A DNA stretch of 64,000 nucleotides, from the NCBI GenBank assembly GCA_963665845.2, contig OY762492.1, forward strand, positions 3,136,001-3,200,000, read 5' to 3'. Of the stretch, positions 19,777-28,898 are shown piece after piece. The DNA comes from Candidatus Poribacteria bacterium (GTDB taxonomy: Bacteria; Poribacteria; WGA-4E; GCA-2687025). Position numbers and translations under genes: made by a program. Every line of letters begins with the position of its first letter. The stretch's first letter is position 1. Under the pieces are notes generated by a model. The model did no database searches. It was given only the letters and a program-made list of their open reading frames with translations, and had not been told where the DNA came from.

Positions 19777-21156
19777 TCACTCCTCCTCGCCGCTGTCGTC
19801 TTCCTCCTCATCGCTCGGCGGCTGCCTTTTGAGACGCTCCTGTTCGTCAAAGCGGCGGAAGACCCGCTCAACCTCCTCGCGCGAATGGCGTTTGCGCACA
19901 GCGTTGTAGGCGTCCTGGGCATGCTGGGCGTCGCCCGCTTTGGCGAAGGCGCGCGCCATGCCCAGCAAGGCGTTCATGTAGCCTTCGGGCGTCGCCTCGG
20001 AGAGGGCGTACTCCATCTCAAACGCGCTCTGGTACGCCTTCGCAAAGTCGGCGTATGCCGCCGCCATGTCCATCTCCGCGTTTGGCGGCGGAGGGGGAGG
20101 TTCCACGCCGCGCCGAGCGTCGGGCGGCGCTGGGGCGTCAGGCGGGCTATGCGGCGCGGGCGCTTCTGCGGGTGATGGAGGCGTATGCTTTGCCGATTCA
20201 GCGGCAGCGGCAGCAGCCCGTTCCTCCCAGATGGACGGAAATGTGCGTTCACCCTTCTCTAGCACCTCATAACGGTAGCTAGCCCACCTGTGGCCTGCAG
20301 CGAACGCCTTTTGAAACTGATCCGCCGCTTCGTATATCATATCCAGCCGCTCATATGAATTGCCGAGAGTGAAATGGAATCCTGACTTGGAATGCAGACC
20401 GTCCTCAGGCAGAATGCGCGAGATTGCGGCGATCGTCTCCTCGGGAAAGTCGCGGTACAGATTGTCGACAGCGTAGGACACCGCCCTCTCATCGTCTGGA
20501 TAATGTTGAATCAGAAGCCGCGCCGATTCGACTTCGTCCTCATTCGCATCCGCTTTCAAGATCAGCGCCTCGAGGGAGGTCGGGTCCTTTGCCAGGACGC
20601 GGTTGGCGTACTCGATGGCGTACTCTTTTTCCATAGGCCACTTCTCGCCTCTGATTCCCCAGTCCGAGCTATACAGATACTCGGCGGCGGCCATGTCGTC
20701 CATCCCTTCGACCAGTATTTCGATCACGCCGCGCGGCGTCCTTCCGTTCTCCTTGCGATGGACGTCGCTGCTGCCGTACTGGTCATAGAGATACTTGCGG
20801 ATGCGATTCATTTTTTTGGATTGGCTCGGATCGTATATCCAGCCGGAGCGGTCAATCTCTGGCATATCGTCCCGCGTCGTTTGAATCTCAGGGCGAGAGT
20901 TGAGTTCGGGCGGTTTCTTCTCCTGCCCCGGTTCCGTTTCCTGCGCGCCGCCCGCTGTTGCGTCGGGAGCTTTGCCGCTTTCGCTCATGACAGTCTCGCG
21001 GACAGAAGGCTCCTGCGCGGATTCCATCTCGGCAGGATCTGGGTCGTCCGCGCGGAAGAGAAGCGCCGCGGCAACTGCCAGCGCCGCCATTAAGACGGCG
21101 CAGGCAAGCAGCGCGACGCGCGCCCTGCGGTGTGATGGGCGTTGCGTCGTTTTCAT
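19777..21156 (-). CDS. Membrane-anchored TPR-like protein, array member E (first in transcription order)
   Basis: Same architecture; central part closest to A/B. Confidence 0.85.
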   Translation of the reverse strand: MKTTQRPSHRRARVALLACAVLMAALAVAAALLFRADDPDPAEMESAQEPSVRETVMSESGKAPDATAGGAQETEPGQEKKPPELNSRPEIQTTRDDMPEIDRSGWIYDPSQSKKMNRIRKYLYDQYGSSDVHRKENGRTPRGVIEILVEGMDDMAAAEYLYSSDWGIRGEKWPMEKEYAIEYANRVLAKDPTSLEALILKADANEDEVESARLLIQHYPDDERAVSYAVDNLYRDFPEETIAAISRILPEDGLHSKSGFHFTLGNSYERLDMIYEAADQFQKAFAAGHRWASYRYEVLEKGERTFPSIWEERAAAAAAESAKHTPPSPAEAPAPHSPPDAPAPPDARRGVEPPPPPPNAEMDMAAAYADFAKAYQSAFEMEYALSEATPEGYMNALLGMARAFAKAGDAQHAQDAYNAVRKRHSREEVERVFRRFDEQERLKRQPPSDEEEDDSGEEE

Positions 21157-21230
21157 CGTCTTGGCCTGTTCCTAGTTGCTAAGCCGTCTAGGAACAGCAT
21201 AACGCCTCGGCGTTAGCGGCGCAAGCCGCC
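21157..21230 (-). repeat. Conserved leader element, copy upstream of member E
   Basis: Three consecutive inverted repeats: GCGGC-TTGC-GCCGC, TAACGCC-GA-GGCGTTA, CTGTTCCTAG-N12-CTAGGAACAG. Confidence 0.85.
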
Positions 21231-21288
21231 TATTGCGCCGCTTCCAAAAATGCGGCATTCTAAACGCCCAACAGAAGGGCGGAGACCT

Positions 21289-22800
21289 ATGCCGAAGCAG
21301 CCAAACATCTTGCTCATCCAAACTGACCAGCAGCGCGCCGACACGGTGCGCGCCCTCGGAAATCCGATCATACAGACCCCCGCGCTGGACAGGCTTGCCA
21401 ACGAGGGCGCCGCGTTTTTATCGGCGTATTGTCCGTCGCCTGTTTGCGTCGCCTCGCGCTGCAGCCTCCTTCTTGGGCAATGGCCGCACCGCACCGGCTG
21501 CCATTCCAACAACCCGATGCCCCACGACCGCGTCTCGCTCATGCAGACGCTGAACGAAGCGGGCTACCAGACGCACGGCATCGGAAAGATGCATTTCTCG
21601 CCGAAGCCGCGCAGCCTATGGGGGTTCGAATCGCGCGACTACTCCGAAGAAGGTTCAGGCGTGGACGACTTCCGCGAGTTTATCGACGCAAACGGGTACG
21701 ACCACATCGCCGCGCCGCAGGGCGAACGCAGCGAGTATTACTACATACCGCAGCCTTCGCAGCTTCCCGCCCGTCTTCATCAGACACAGTGGGTCGGCGA
21801 CCGGACGCTGGATTTCTTGGAGCGGCGCGACCCTGACCGCCCCTTTTTCTGCTGGTCAAGTTTCATCAAGCCGCATCCGCCGTTTGAAAACCCTGTCCCG
21901 TGGAACCGCCTCTACCGCCTCGTCGAGATGCCGCCGCCGTATATGCCGGACGGATACGAGTCGCTGCTCACCTACTGGAACCGAAACCAGAATCGGTATA
22001 AATACCGCGATCAAGGGTTCGACATGAACCTGATACGGCTCACTGCGGCGGCGTATTACGGAACGATCTCGTTCATCGATTACAATGTCGGGCGCATTTT
22101 GGAGGACTTAGAGCGGCGCGGGATTCTGGACGAGACGCTCATTCTTTTCACCTCCGACCATGGCGAGCTGCTGGGAGATTACGGCTCTGTCGGAAAGCGG
22201 TCGATGCTGGACGCGGCGTTCCGCGTGCCGCTTCTGGCGCGTTATCCGGCGCGGTTCGCCGCGGGGGCGCGCGTTGAGACGCCGGCGAGCCTTGTCGACA
22301 TCTTTCCGACATGCGCCGCCGCGGCGGGCTTGCCGTTCGACCGAGACGACCGGGACGGAGAAGACCTTGCCGACCTCGCCGGCGGCGCCATACCGCTGCG
22401 CGAAGTGACAGGGCAATTCAGCCGCGCCGAGACGGGCCTCTATGCGCTTGTCAACAACGATTTCAAGTACGTGTATTCGGCGGCGGATCGGCGCGAGTGG
22501 CTTTTTCAGCGGCATATCGGAATGCCCGACTTTCGCAGCGCGGACGGGAACCCCGCCTTTGGGCGTCAGCTGAACGCGATGCGCTCTCGGCTCATGGAAC
22601 GGTTCCGAAACGACGGGTACGACGAGCCGCTGGACGGCAACCGCTGGCGAGAGTTCCCGCAGCCGGCGATGCCGAACAACCCGGACGCATGGCAGCTGTT
22701 CCAGGACGGACGCTCCGTCTCCGACCAGTTCCCGGAGGGTTACGCGCCCGCCGTAGACACGATGAAGCCGCCGCCGGTGAAGCAGTATCATGTCGACTGA
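21289..22800 (+). CDS. Formylglycine-dependent sulfatase (choline-sulfatase-like)
   Basis: PNILLIQTDQQR, CVASR (CxxxR), GKMH, KPHPP, TSDHGE; GGAG RBS before ATG 21289. Confidence 0.92.
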   Translation: MPKQPNILLIQTDQQRADTVRALGNPIIQTPALDRLANEGAAFLSAYCPSPVCVASRCSLLLGQWPHRTGCHSNNPMPHDRVSLMQTLNEAGYQTHGIGKMHFSPKPRSLWGFESRDYSEEGSGVDDFREFIDANGYDHIAAPQGERSEYYYIPQPSQLPARLHQTQWVGDRTLDFLERRDPDRPFFCWSSFIKPHPPFENPVPWNRLYRLVEMPPPYMPDGYESLLTYWNRNQNRYKYRDQGFDMNLIRLTAAAYYGTISFIDYNVGRILEDLERRGILDETLILFTSDHGELLGDYGSVGKRSMLDAAFRVPLLARYPARFAAGARVETPASLVDIFPTCAAAAGLPFDRDDRDGEDLADLAGGAIPLREVTGQFSRAETGLYALVNNDFKYVYSAADRREWLFQRHIGMPDFRSADGNPAFGRQLNAMRSRLMERFRNDGYDEPLDGNRWREFPQPAMPNNPDAWQLFQDGRSVSDQFPEGYAPAVDTMKPPPVKQYHVD

Positions 22801-22841
22801 CCTGACATTTGAGCGCGAGGCGCCTGTAGGCAAATCAATTC

Positions 22842-22870
22842 TTGAATGCAAACGCCGCATGGGTTATACT
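22842..22870 (+). promoter_or_regulatory. Sigma-70 promoter of the tRNA gene
   Basis: TTGAAT-N17-TATACT, 11 nt upstream of the tRNA. Confidence 0.7.
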
Positions 22871-22881
22871 AATTCGGCAGT

Positions 22882-22958
<77 letters not shown>

Positions 22959-22979
22959 TGATTTGATGTAAGGCGCAGC

Positions 22980-23175
22980 GAAGATTCCCGCTTATGCAGG
23001 AATGCATGCCCTCGCGGAAGCGGGGGACGACGAGAGGGGGCGCGCCTGATTTCCCCCTTGAAAAGGGGGGTTTAAAGCGCAGCGAAGATTCCCGCTTACG
23101 CGGGAATGACGACCAAGGAGCGAAGATTCCCGCTTATGCGGGAATGCATGCCTTCGCGGAAGCGGGGACGCCCCC
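22980..23175. repeat. REP-like cluster
   Basis: Three GATTCCCGCTTA(C/T)GC(A/G)GGAATG copies, CATGCC(C/T)TCGCGGAAGCGGGG and one CCCCCTTGAAAAGGGGG. Confidence 0.85.
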
Positions 23176-23217
23176 TGGATTGGTCGGTTGTTCAAATGCG
23201 GAGTTCGATAGAGACTT

Positions 23218-24225
23218 ATGGCAGATCCGCCCATCCGCGCAACGGTTGTTGGTAGTTATCCCGTCCCCGACTGGCTCAAGGCGTACCCCGCCCGTTCGCA
23301 TCTGCGGGACGCGGTCATGGTCGTTCTCAAAACGCAGGAGCTGGCGGGCATCGATCTTCTCGCCGACGGGGAGCTGTACCGTTTCGACCTGAACCATCCC
23401 GAAACGAACGGCATGATCGATTATTTTATCGGCAAGATGAGCGGCGTTTCGACCGAGTTCACCGCCGATGAAATCGCCGCGTTCCGGCGCGACCGGGAGA
23501 TGCGTTTTCGCGCCCGGCCCGCCGGCGTCATACGCGGACCGATCGGGCCCGGGACGCTGAATCTGCCCGGCGATTATGAAGCGTTTAGCGGCCTCACCGA
23601 TAAGCCGCTGAAGTTCACCGTCACCGGTCCGCATATGCTGTCCAAGACGCTTGTCGACTCGCATTACGGCGATAGGGAGGAGGCGGCGACAGCGATCGCC
23701 GATGTCCTGCGCGGACAGCTTCAAGAGATCGACGCCGCGGCCGTTCAGCTGGACGAGGCGAACATCTCTGGACACGCGGACGAGGCGGAATGGGCGGCGC
23801 GCGCCGTCAACCGCGCCTTAGAAGGCGTCCAAGGCGAGAAAGCGGTTCATATCTGCTTCGGAAACTACGGCGGGCAGTCTGTCCAGCGGGGGCTGTATGA
23901 ATCGCTGCTTCCGTTTATGAACGCTCTTGAGGCGGATCATCTCGTGCTGGAATTCGCGCGGCGCGGATACGCCGAGCTGGACGCGCTGCGCGGTCTGCGC
24001 CCTGAGATTGGCGTCGGGCTTGGCGTCATCGACATCAAGGACAACGGCATTGAAGACCCGAACCGGATCGCCGAGCGCATTGAGCTGGCGGAGAAGCGTC
24101 TCGGCGCCGGGCGCGTCCAGTATATTCACCCCGACTGCGGTTTCTGGATGCTGCCGCGCAGCGTCGCGGACGGCAAAATGCGCGCCTTGACGGCGGGGCG
24201 CGATCTGTTTCTCGGCGTCGCCTGA
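23218..24225 (+). CDS. Cobalamin-independent methionine synthase II family protein (single C-terminal-type domain)
   Basis: VGSYPVP, QELAGIDLLADGE, TGPH, QLDE, Zn ligands HIC...E...PDCG; 335 aa only. Confidence 0.85.
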   Translation: MADPPIRATVVGSYPVPDWLKAYPARSHLRDAVMVVLKTQELAGIDLLADGELYRFDLNHPETNGMIDYFIGKMSGVSTEFTADEIAAFRRDREMRFRARPAGVIRGPIGPGTLNLPGDYEAFSGLTDKPLKFTVTGPHMLSKTLVDSHYGDREEAATAIADVLRGQLQEIDAAAVQLDEANISGHADEAEWAARAVNRALEGVQGEKAVHICFGNYGGQSVQRGLYESLLPFMNALEADHLVLEFARRGYAELDALRGLRPEIGVGLGVIDIKDNGIEDPNRIAERIELAEKRLGAGRVQYIHPDCGFWMLPRSVADGKMRALTAGRDLFLGVA

Positions 24226-24284
24226 CTTATACGACAAGGCGCGGGGCTTCTGGACTCCCCCTTGTCAAGGGGGGCTGGGGGGGT

Positions 24285-27221
24285 TTAGACGGCGAGGGGG
24301 CCGTCGGGGCGGCGCTTCCCGCCGCGGACGGACGGCTCCGCAGCCCACTTCGCCGACAGCTTCCGCACAGCCTCATAAACCGCCTCATCAAAACCAAGCA
24401 GCTCGCACAGGACGGCGCGATCCAGATCGGCGCGGGACTGGTCAAGGTCGGCGATATACGCAGGCTTGAACTCCACACCGCGGAAGTCGTTGAAGATGCG
24501 CTCCGCAATCGATAGCTGATCATCCGACAAGGCGCGGAGGTCTAGCGTCGGGAGCGATTTAGCAGCCGTGATCGTGACACTTCCGCGTCCAGGGTGTTGA
24601 CGACTCGCATGCCACCAATGCATGAGCAGGCCGAGAGAACTGTTTCCCCATATTGCAAAAGCATAATCAAAACGTTCGTCGGGAAAAATAACGTTCGACC
24701 ATGCGCTCCCGCCTATCGTTTTATGCTTAGTAAAAGAAACAGCAAGGGGCTGTGAGTTGTATCGAAAAGCGGCGCTATGATGACATCGGCTGGCAGTAGC
24801 CCATATCTGGTTGGCTCTTGATTCCATTCCACGGCAGACGTTCAGCTGAATGTCCGGTTCGCACACGATCCGTTTTTCATTTTGAGCGTTATGGTTCCAA
24901 AGGGCGGGATAGGTAGCCGTTGGCGTATACGGCGCTTTTTCAAACGGGCCGCGCGGAGGCGGCGAGATGTCGCGGTGGAGGAAACCCATTCTGCCGACGC
25001 TTGATATGGGGGACATTTTCAGGTCTAGAGGCTCTAAGGAACCTGGCGTCCATAAAACGGATTGCGACAGCGCATAGGCGGTTTGAGCGACAAAATAGTC
25101 ATGAATGCGCGGAACTCCCCAGTTCTCCCCGTCAAGATCAGCGTTGGAGCGCAGCATGGCGCCCTCTTCTATCTTCCCAATCATTATGGAGGTTCCGCCG
25201 TAGGGTCCGTCTTCGAGACGTCGAACATTTTGCGCGTTCACAATTCGCTTTGCGACTTCAGACGCATGGACAAAGCTTTGAGGCCGTTGACGCAACGAAG
25301 TGAAGCGGATGTTCGCCCCGATAGATTTCTCCGGCGCGTTGGCGCCGTTTTTTCGGGCGATGATGAGACATTCCGCCATGTTCGTATCCGCTGAAAACGA
25401 GACTTGGTCAACCTCCTTGGCGGCAATGCTCAGAACATCTATATCGTCATAACCTTTTGCGAGCATCCGACGCATTTTTTGCCAAGACTTTCCTGATACA
25501 GCGGTCAACGGCAAAACCAATGCCAGCGCGCCGCCCGGCTTCAGCTTCAGCTCTCCCAGCTCAACAAACGCGGACGCAATCCCGGCGTTGCCGTCGTAGC
25601 ATATGCCCCTAGCCAGATTCTTCATCCGATCTTGCATGTCTTTCATGACTTCGGGAGTGGCGTCGTAAGCCGCAAAGACGGGATTGATCACATTGGCATG
25701 CTCGCCTGCATGGTTGGTGGCGGTTGTGAACGGCGGATTCATGATGATGAGGTCCACCGATTCATTCGGCATATCGACGTTGACCTGCTCCGCCGCTTCT
25801 TCTCCGCTTCCGCCTGCGCGGGTTCCTGGATCAGCCATATTGAAGAGCGGCATGGCGGAGCTTCCGACCAACAATTCCAGCGATCCGATTCGCACCACTT
25901 CGCTTCCGCGTCCGCCGCTTACCGTTCCGTACGACAGCGCATGGAGCCGCGTATTTTGCAATTTGACGTTCGGTCTTGCGCCCGCCAAGGTTGAGGCGGT
26001 GATATGGACAGCGGAAGGGATGACGTCAAAACCAAAAATAACATCTTTCATCAGGGCGGGGTGAAGCTGGTCAAGATTGCCTCCCTTGCGTTCATGTTCA
26101 GAGGCGATCAGATCATAGACAGCGGCGAGGAGCGCGCCCGTCCCGCATGCAAAATCGGCAATTCTCAACTGTTCAATCGATTCCTTAGACGCCCAATATT
26201 CGCTTGGCAATTTGCCGACCGCCAGCCTTGCCAAGAGAGCCGCTGAATAGGGGCGGGTATAGTAGGTCGCCAGATACTGCCGATCTGAAATGAGGTTCTG
26301 ATACACGTGACCCGTGATGTCATGGGCGTAGGTGATGCCGGCTGATTCTACCGACTGGGCGGCGCGCCGAAGCAAGTTAAGAATGCCCGATGCGCTGGAC
26401 GTTGGCAGGCGGGCAAGGATTTTATTCGCTATCGAAAAGATCGGAAAGTAATTGTAATCGAGAATTTCTTTCCATGCGCTCATCAAGGCGTCTTGCGGAC
26501 TATCGCCTCCGCATACGAACTTTAGCGGTTCAATCCGTATCTGTTCGTCATGCATCCCAGCGATATGCTCATGAAAAATCATTGCGTTTGCGACGATGGC
26601 GCATGCGATTCGCCTTGTTTGCTTGTTGTTTTCCAAACCCACCAATTTTGAAATCTCAACGGACAATCCAGGGCGTTTCTCGGCGTCCTCATCCAAAATG
26701 AGCGCGGCCTCTTCAATGCCGATTTCCAGCGCTTCGGCGGCTCTGTCCACCTCTTTTTGCGGAACGGAGATCATCCGAACCATGTCGGACAGATCCTCCG
26801 CCGTACCCTCCAGCCATCCCGATTCGGGAAAGCGTGTCGGCTCCTCCATCGATCCGCGCGCGTCTTCTTGAAAAAAGCAGTACTTGAGAACGGCTTGACT
26901 CATCTCCGCCTTGAGGTCATCCGCCGTTTCCAGCTCTTCGGGATAGATCAGCGCGACGACTGCTTCCACTGGGCGCGTCTGTCCTTCAGGTTTGGCGCCG
27001 AGCCGCAGCTTTGCTTCCTCTTCAACATGCCGCGCGGGTTCGTATTCCGCCTCGATGATGACGGGTGAACGTCCGCTTGCCGCGATGAGTATGTCGGGCT
27101 GATAGCTGCCGCCTTCGCGGAGGACCCTGGTGTTTTCTGCCTTCAGATCGCTCTTCGGCGCCATCTCCTGCAGGATGTCGGCAAGTACGAAGTTCAGGTT
27201 CGTTTCAGCGTGATGCGCCAT
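24285..27221 (-). CDS. Fused restriction endonuclease / N6-adenine methyltransferase (type IIG/IIC-like)
   Basis: N-terminal QPDILI...IIEAE (PD-(D/E)xK-like), motif I DFACGTG, motif IV NPPF, long C-terminal TRD-like region; the ORF extension to 27437 is REP-derived. Confidence 0.82.
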   Translation of the reverse strand: MAHHAETNLNFVLADILQEMAPKSDLKAENTRVLREGGSYQPDILIAASGRSPVIIEAEYEPARHVEEEAKLRLGAKPEGQTRPVEAVVALIYPEELETADDLKAEMSQAVLKYCFFQEDARGSMEEPTRFPESGWLEGTAEDLSDMVRMISVPQKEVDRAAEALEIGIEEAALILDEDAEKRPGLSVEISKLVGLENNKQTRRIACAIVANAMIFHEHIAGMHDEQIRIEPLKFVCGGDSPQDALMSAWKEILDYNYFPIFSIANKILARLPTSSASGILNLLRRAAQSVESAGITYAHDITGHVYQNLISDRQYLATYYTRPYSAALLARLAVGKLPSEYWASKESIEQLRIADFACGTGALLAAVYDLIASEHERKGGNLDQLHPALMKDVIFGFDVIPSAVHITASTLAGARPNVKLQNTRLHALSYGTVSGGRGSEVVRIGSLELLVGSSAMPLFNMADPGTRAGGSGEEAAEQVNVDMPNESVDLIIMNPPFTTATNHAGEHANVINPVFAAYDATPEVMKDMQDRMKNLARGICYDGNAGIASAFVELGELKLKPGGALALVLPLTAVSGKSWQKMRRMLAKGYDDIDVLSIAAKEVDQVSFSADTNMAECLIIARKNGANAPEKSIGANIRFTSLRQRPQSFVHASEVAKRIVNAQNVRRLEDGPYGGTSIMIGKIEEGAMLRSNADLDGENWGVPRIHDYFVAQTAYALSQSVLWTPGSLEPLDLKMSPISSVGRMGFLHRDISPPPRGPFEKAPYTPTATYPALWNHNAQNEKRIVCEPDIQLNVCRGMESRANQIWATASRCHHSAAFRYNSQPLAVSFTKHKTIGGSAWSNVIFPDERFDYAFAIWGNSSLGLLMHWWHASRQHPGRGSVTITAAKSLPTLDLRALSDDQLSIAERIFNDFRGVEFKPAYIADLDQSRADLDRAVLCELLGFDEAVYEAVRKLSAKWAAEPSVRGGKRRPDGPLAV

Positions 27222-27294
27222 GCGTTTCTCCGCGTTGTCGGCGTTTGCCTGCGGTATAATATGCGTCTTTTGCGCCCTTTCGTCAAGGGCAAGG

Positions 27295-27505
27295 GGTTTC
27301 TGGACTCCCCCCTTGAAAAGGGGCAGGGGGTTTCTGGACTCCCCCCTTGAAAAGGGGGGAAGGGGGGGTTTTGAGCGCGGACGGCGCCTTGCGGCGCCTA
27401 AGATTCCCGCTTGCGCGGGAATGACCCCCGTTTTCACGGGGGCAGGCTATTGAGGGGTGCGGTTTCAGTATCGCCTCTGGATTCCTGCTTGCGCGGAAAT
27501 GACGG
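27295..27505. repeat. REP-like cluster
   Basis: Two GGTTTCTGGACTCCCCCCTTGAAAAGGGG copies, ATTCCC-N8-GGGAAT and CCCCGTTTTCACGGGGGCAGGCT. Confidence 0.85.
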
Positions 27506-27572
27506 TAGGGTGTATCATATAGATCAGAAGCGCGGGCGGGCGGACGCCGCGCTCATGGGAGAGAGGCGCTGT

Positions 27573-28898
27573 ATGGAATCGGAAATCGCGCAGATTGTCC
27601 AGTATCCGAGCGAAGAGGCGCAGGAAGTACTGCGTCGGTTGTCGCTGCGGGGGCGCATTGAGGATGATGAAATCCGAACGACCGTGCGCGAAATTATACG
27701 GCAAGTCCGCAAAAACGGCGATGGCGCCGTCCTGGAGCTGACGAACCGCCTCGACTGCCCAGACGCCCCCATCCGCCGGCTGCGCGTCCCCGACGCCGAG
27801 ATAGACGCCGCCTATGAGTCGATTTCAGACGATCTGCGGTCATCAATGCGTCTCGCAGCGGAGAACATCCGCCGTTTTCATGAGCGTCAAAAGGCGGTCT
27901 CATGGTTTGTGGAGGAAGCGGACGGCGTCGTTTTGGGGCAGTATGTTCGCCCTCATCGGCGCGTCGGCGTTCTGGTTCCGTCCGCGAGCGCGCCGCTGTT
28001 TTCGTCGCTCATGATGGCGGCAGTGACGGCGAAGGCGGCGGGAGTTGAGCAGGTCGCGGCGGCGGCCGCCCCGCGCCGATGCGGAACGGTTCACCCGGCG
28101 ATTCTGGCGTCGGCGCGCGTGTCGGGCGTGGACGAACTTTACGCATGCGGCGGCGCGCAGGCGGTCGCCGCCATGGCATACGGCATCGACTCGATTCCGC
28201 GCGTCGACAAGATCGTCGGCGCCGGAAATCTGTACTCTCAACTGGCAAAAAAAGAGGCGTTCGGCGCTGTGGATGTGGACAAGATCGCCGGACCGAGCGA
28301 GGTGCTGATCATCGCCGACGAGACGGCAGACCCCCGTTACGCCGCCGCGGATCTGATCTCCCAAGCGGAGCATCTGGACGACTGTTCGGCCGTTCTGGCG
28401 ACCGACTCGGCGGAGCTGGCGCAAGCGGTGAAAGCGGAGCTGGCGCGTCAAACGGCGCGCCTGCCGAGGCGCGAAATCATCGAGGCGGCGCTGAAAAACT
28501 GGGGCGTCCTGTTTGTCGTTCCGAGCATGGACGCCGCCGCGGAGCTGTCTGACGAGATCGCGCCTGAGCATGTTGAAATACATGCCGCCAACGCGCATGA
28601 GATCGCGGGTCGGCTGCGCCATGCGGGCGCCGTCTTCATCGGCAAATACACGCCAGAGGCGGTGGGCGATTACGCCGCCGGACCGAACCATATTCTGCCG
28701 ACGGGAGGGGCGGCGCGTTTCTCTTCCTCCATGACCGTCTTCGACTTCATCAAACGTTCCAACTTTTTGTCCTATACCAAAACGGCGCTGCGCGGCATGG
28801 TCAAACCTGTTGAAACGCTCGCCAAAGCAGAGGGGCTGGAGGGGCATGCCGCCGCGATGCGCGTCCGTTTTTTAGACGAACCTTCGGAGGATGTATGA
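27573..28898 (+). CDS. hisD: Histidinol dehydrogenase
   Basis: GGAQAVAAMAYG, VDKIVGAGN, AGPSEV, SQAEH, APEH, GDYAAGPNHILPT. Confidence 0.96.
   Translation: MESEIAQIVQYPSEEAQEVLRRLSLRGRIEDDEIRTTVREIIRQVRKNGDGAVLELTNRLDCPDAPIRRLRVPDAEIDAAYESISDDLRSSMRLAAENIRRFHERQKAVSWFVEEADGVVLGQYVRPHRRVGVLVPSASAPLFSSLMMAAVTAKAAGVEQVAAAAAPRRCGTVHPAILASARVSGVDELYACGGAQAVAAMAYGIDSIPRVDKIVGAGNLYSQLAKKEAFGAVDVDKIAGPSEVLIIADETADPRYAAADLISQAEHLDDCSAVLATDSAELAQAVKAELARQTARLPRREIIEAALKNWGVLFVVPSMDAAAELSDEIAPEHVEIHAANAHEIAGRLRHAGAVFIGKYTPEAVGDYAAGPNHILPTGGAARFSSSMTVFDFIKRSNFLSYTKTALRGMVKPVETLAKAEGLEGHAAAMRVRFLDEPSEDV

Noticed and set aside
14939-21230. Integron attC sites (GTTATGC resembles an R' box; genes look cassette-like)
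   Set aside because: No complementary RYYYAAC R'' box at attC distance, no L boxes forming a long imperfect hairpin, no integrase in the window, and the genes are paralogues rather than unrelated cassettes.
27222-27572. N-terminal extensions of the RM gene and hisD (likewise ppk1, hisB, WD40 members, array members A-C)
   Set aside because: They translate REP repeats (VIPAQAGI, PPFSRG, LRGND) or the end of the upstream paralogue; downstream starts fit RBS position or paralogue alignment better.
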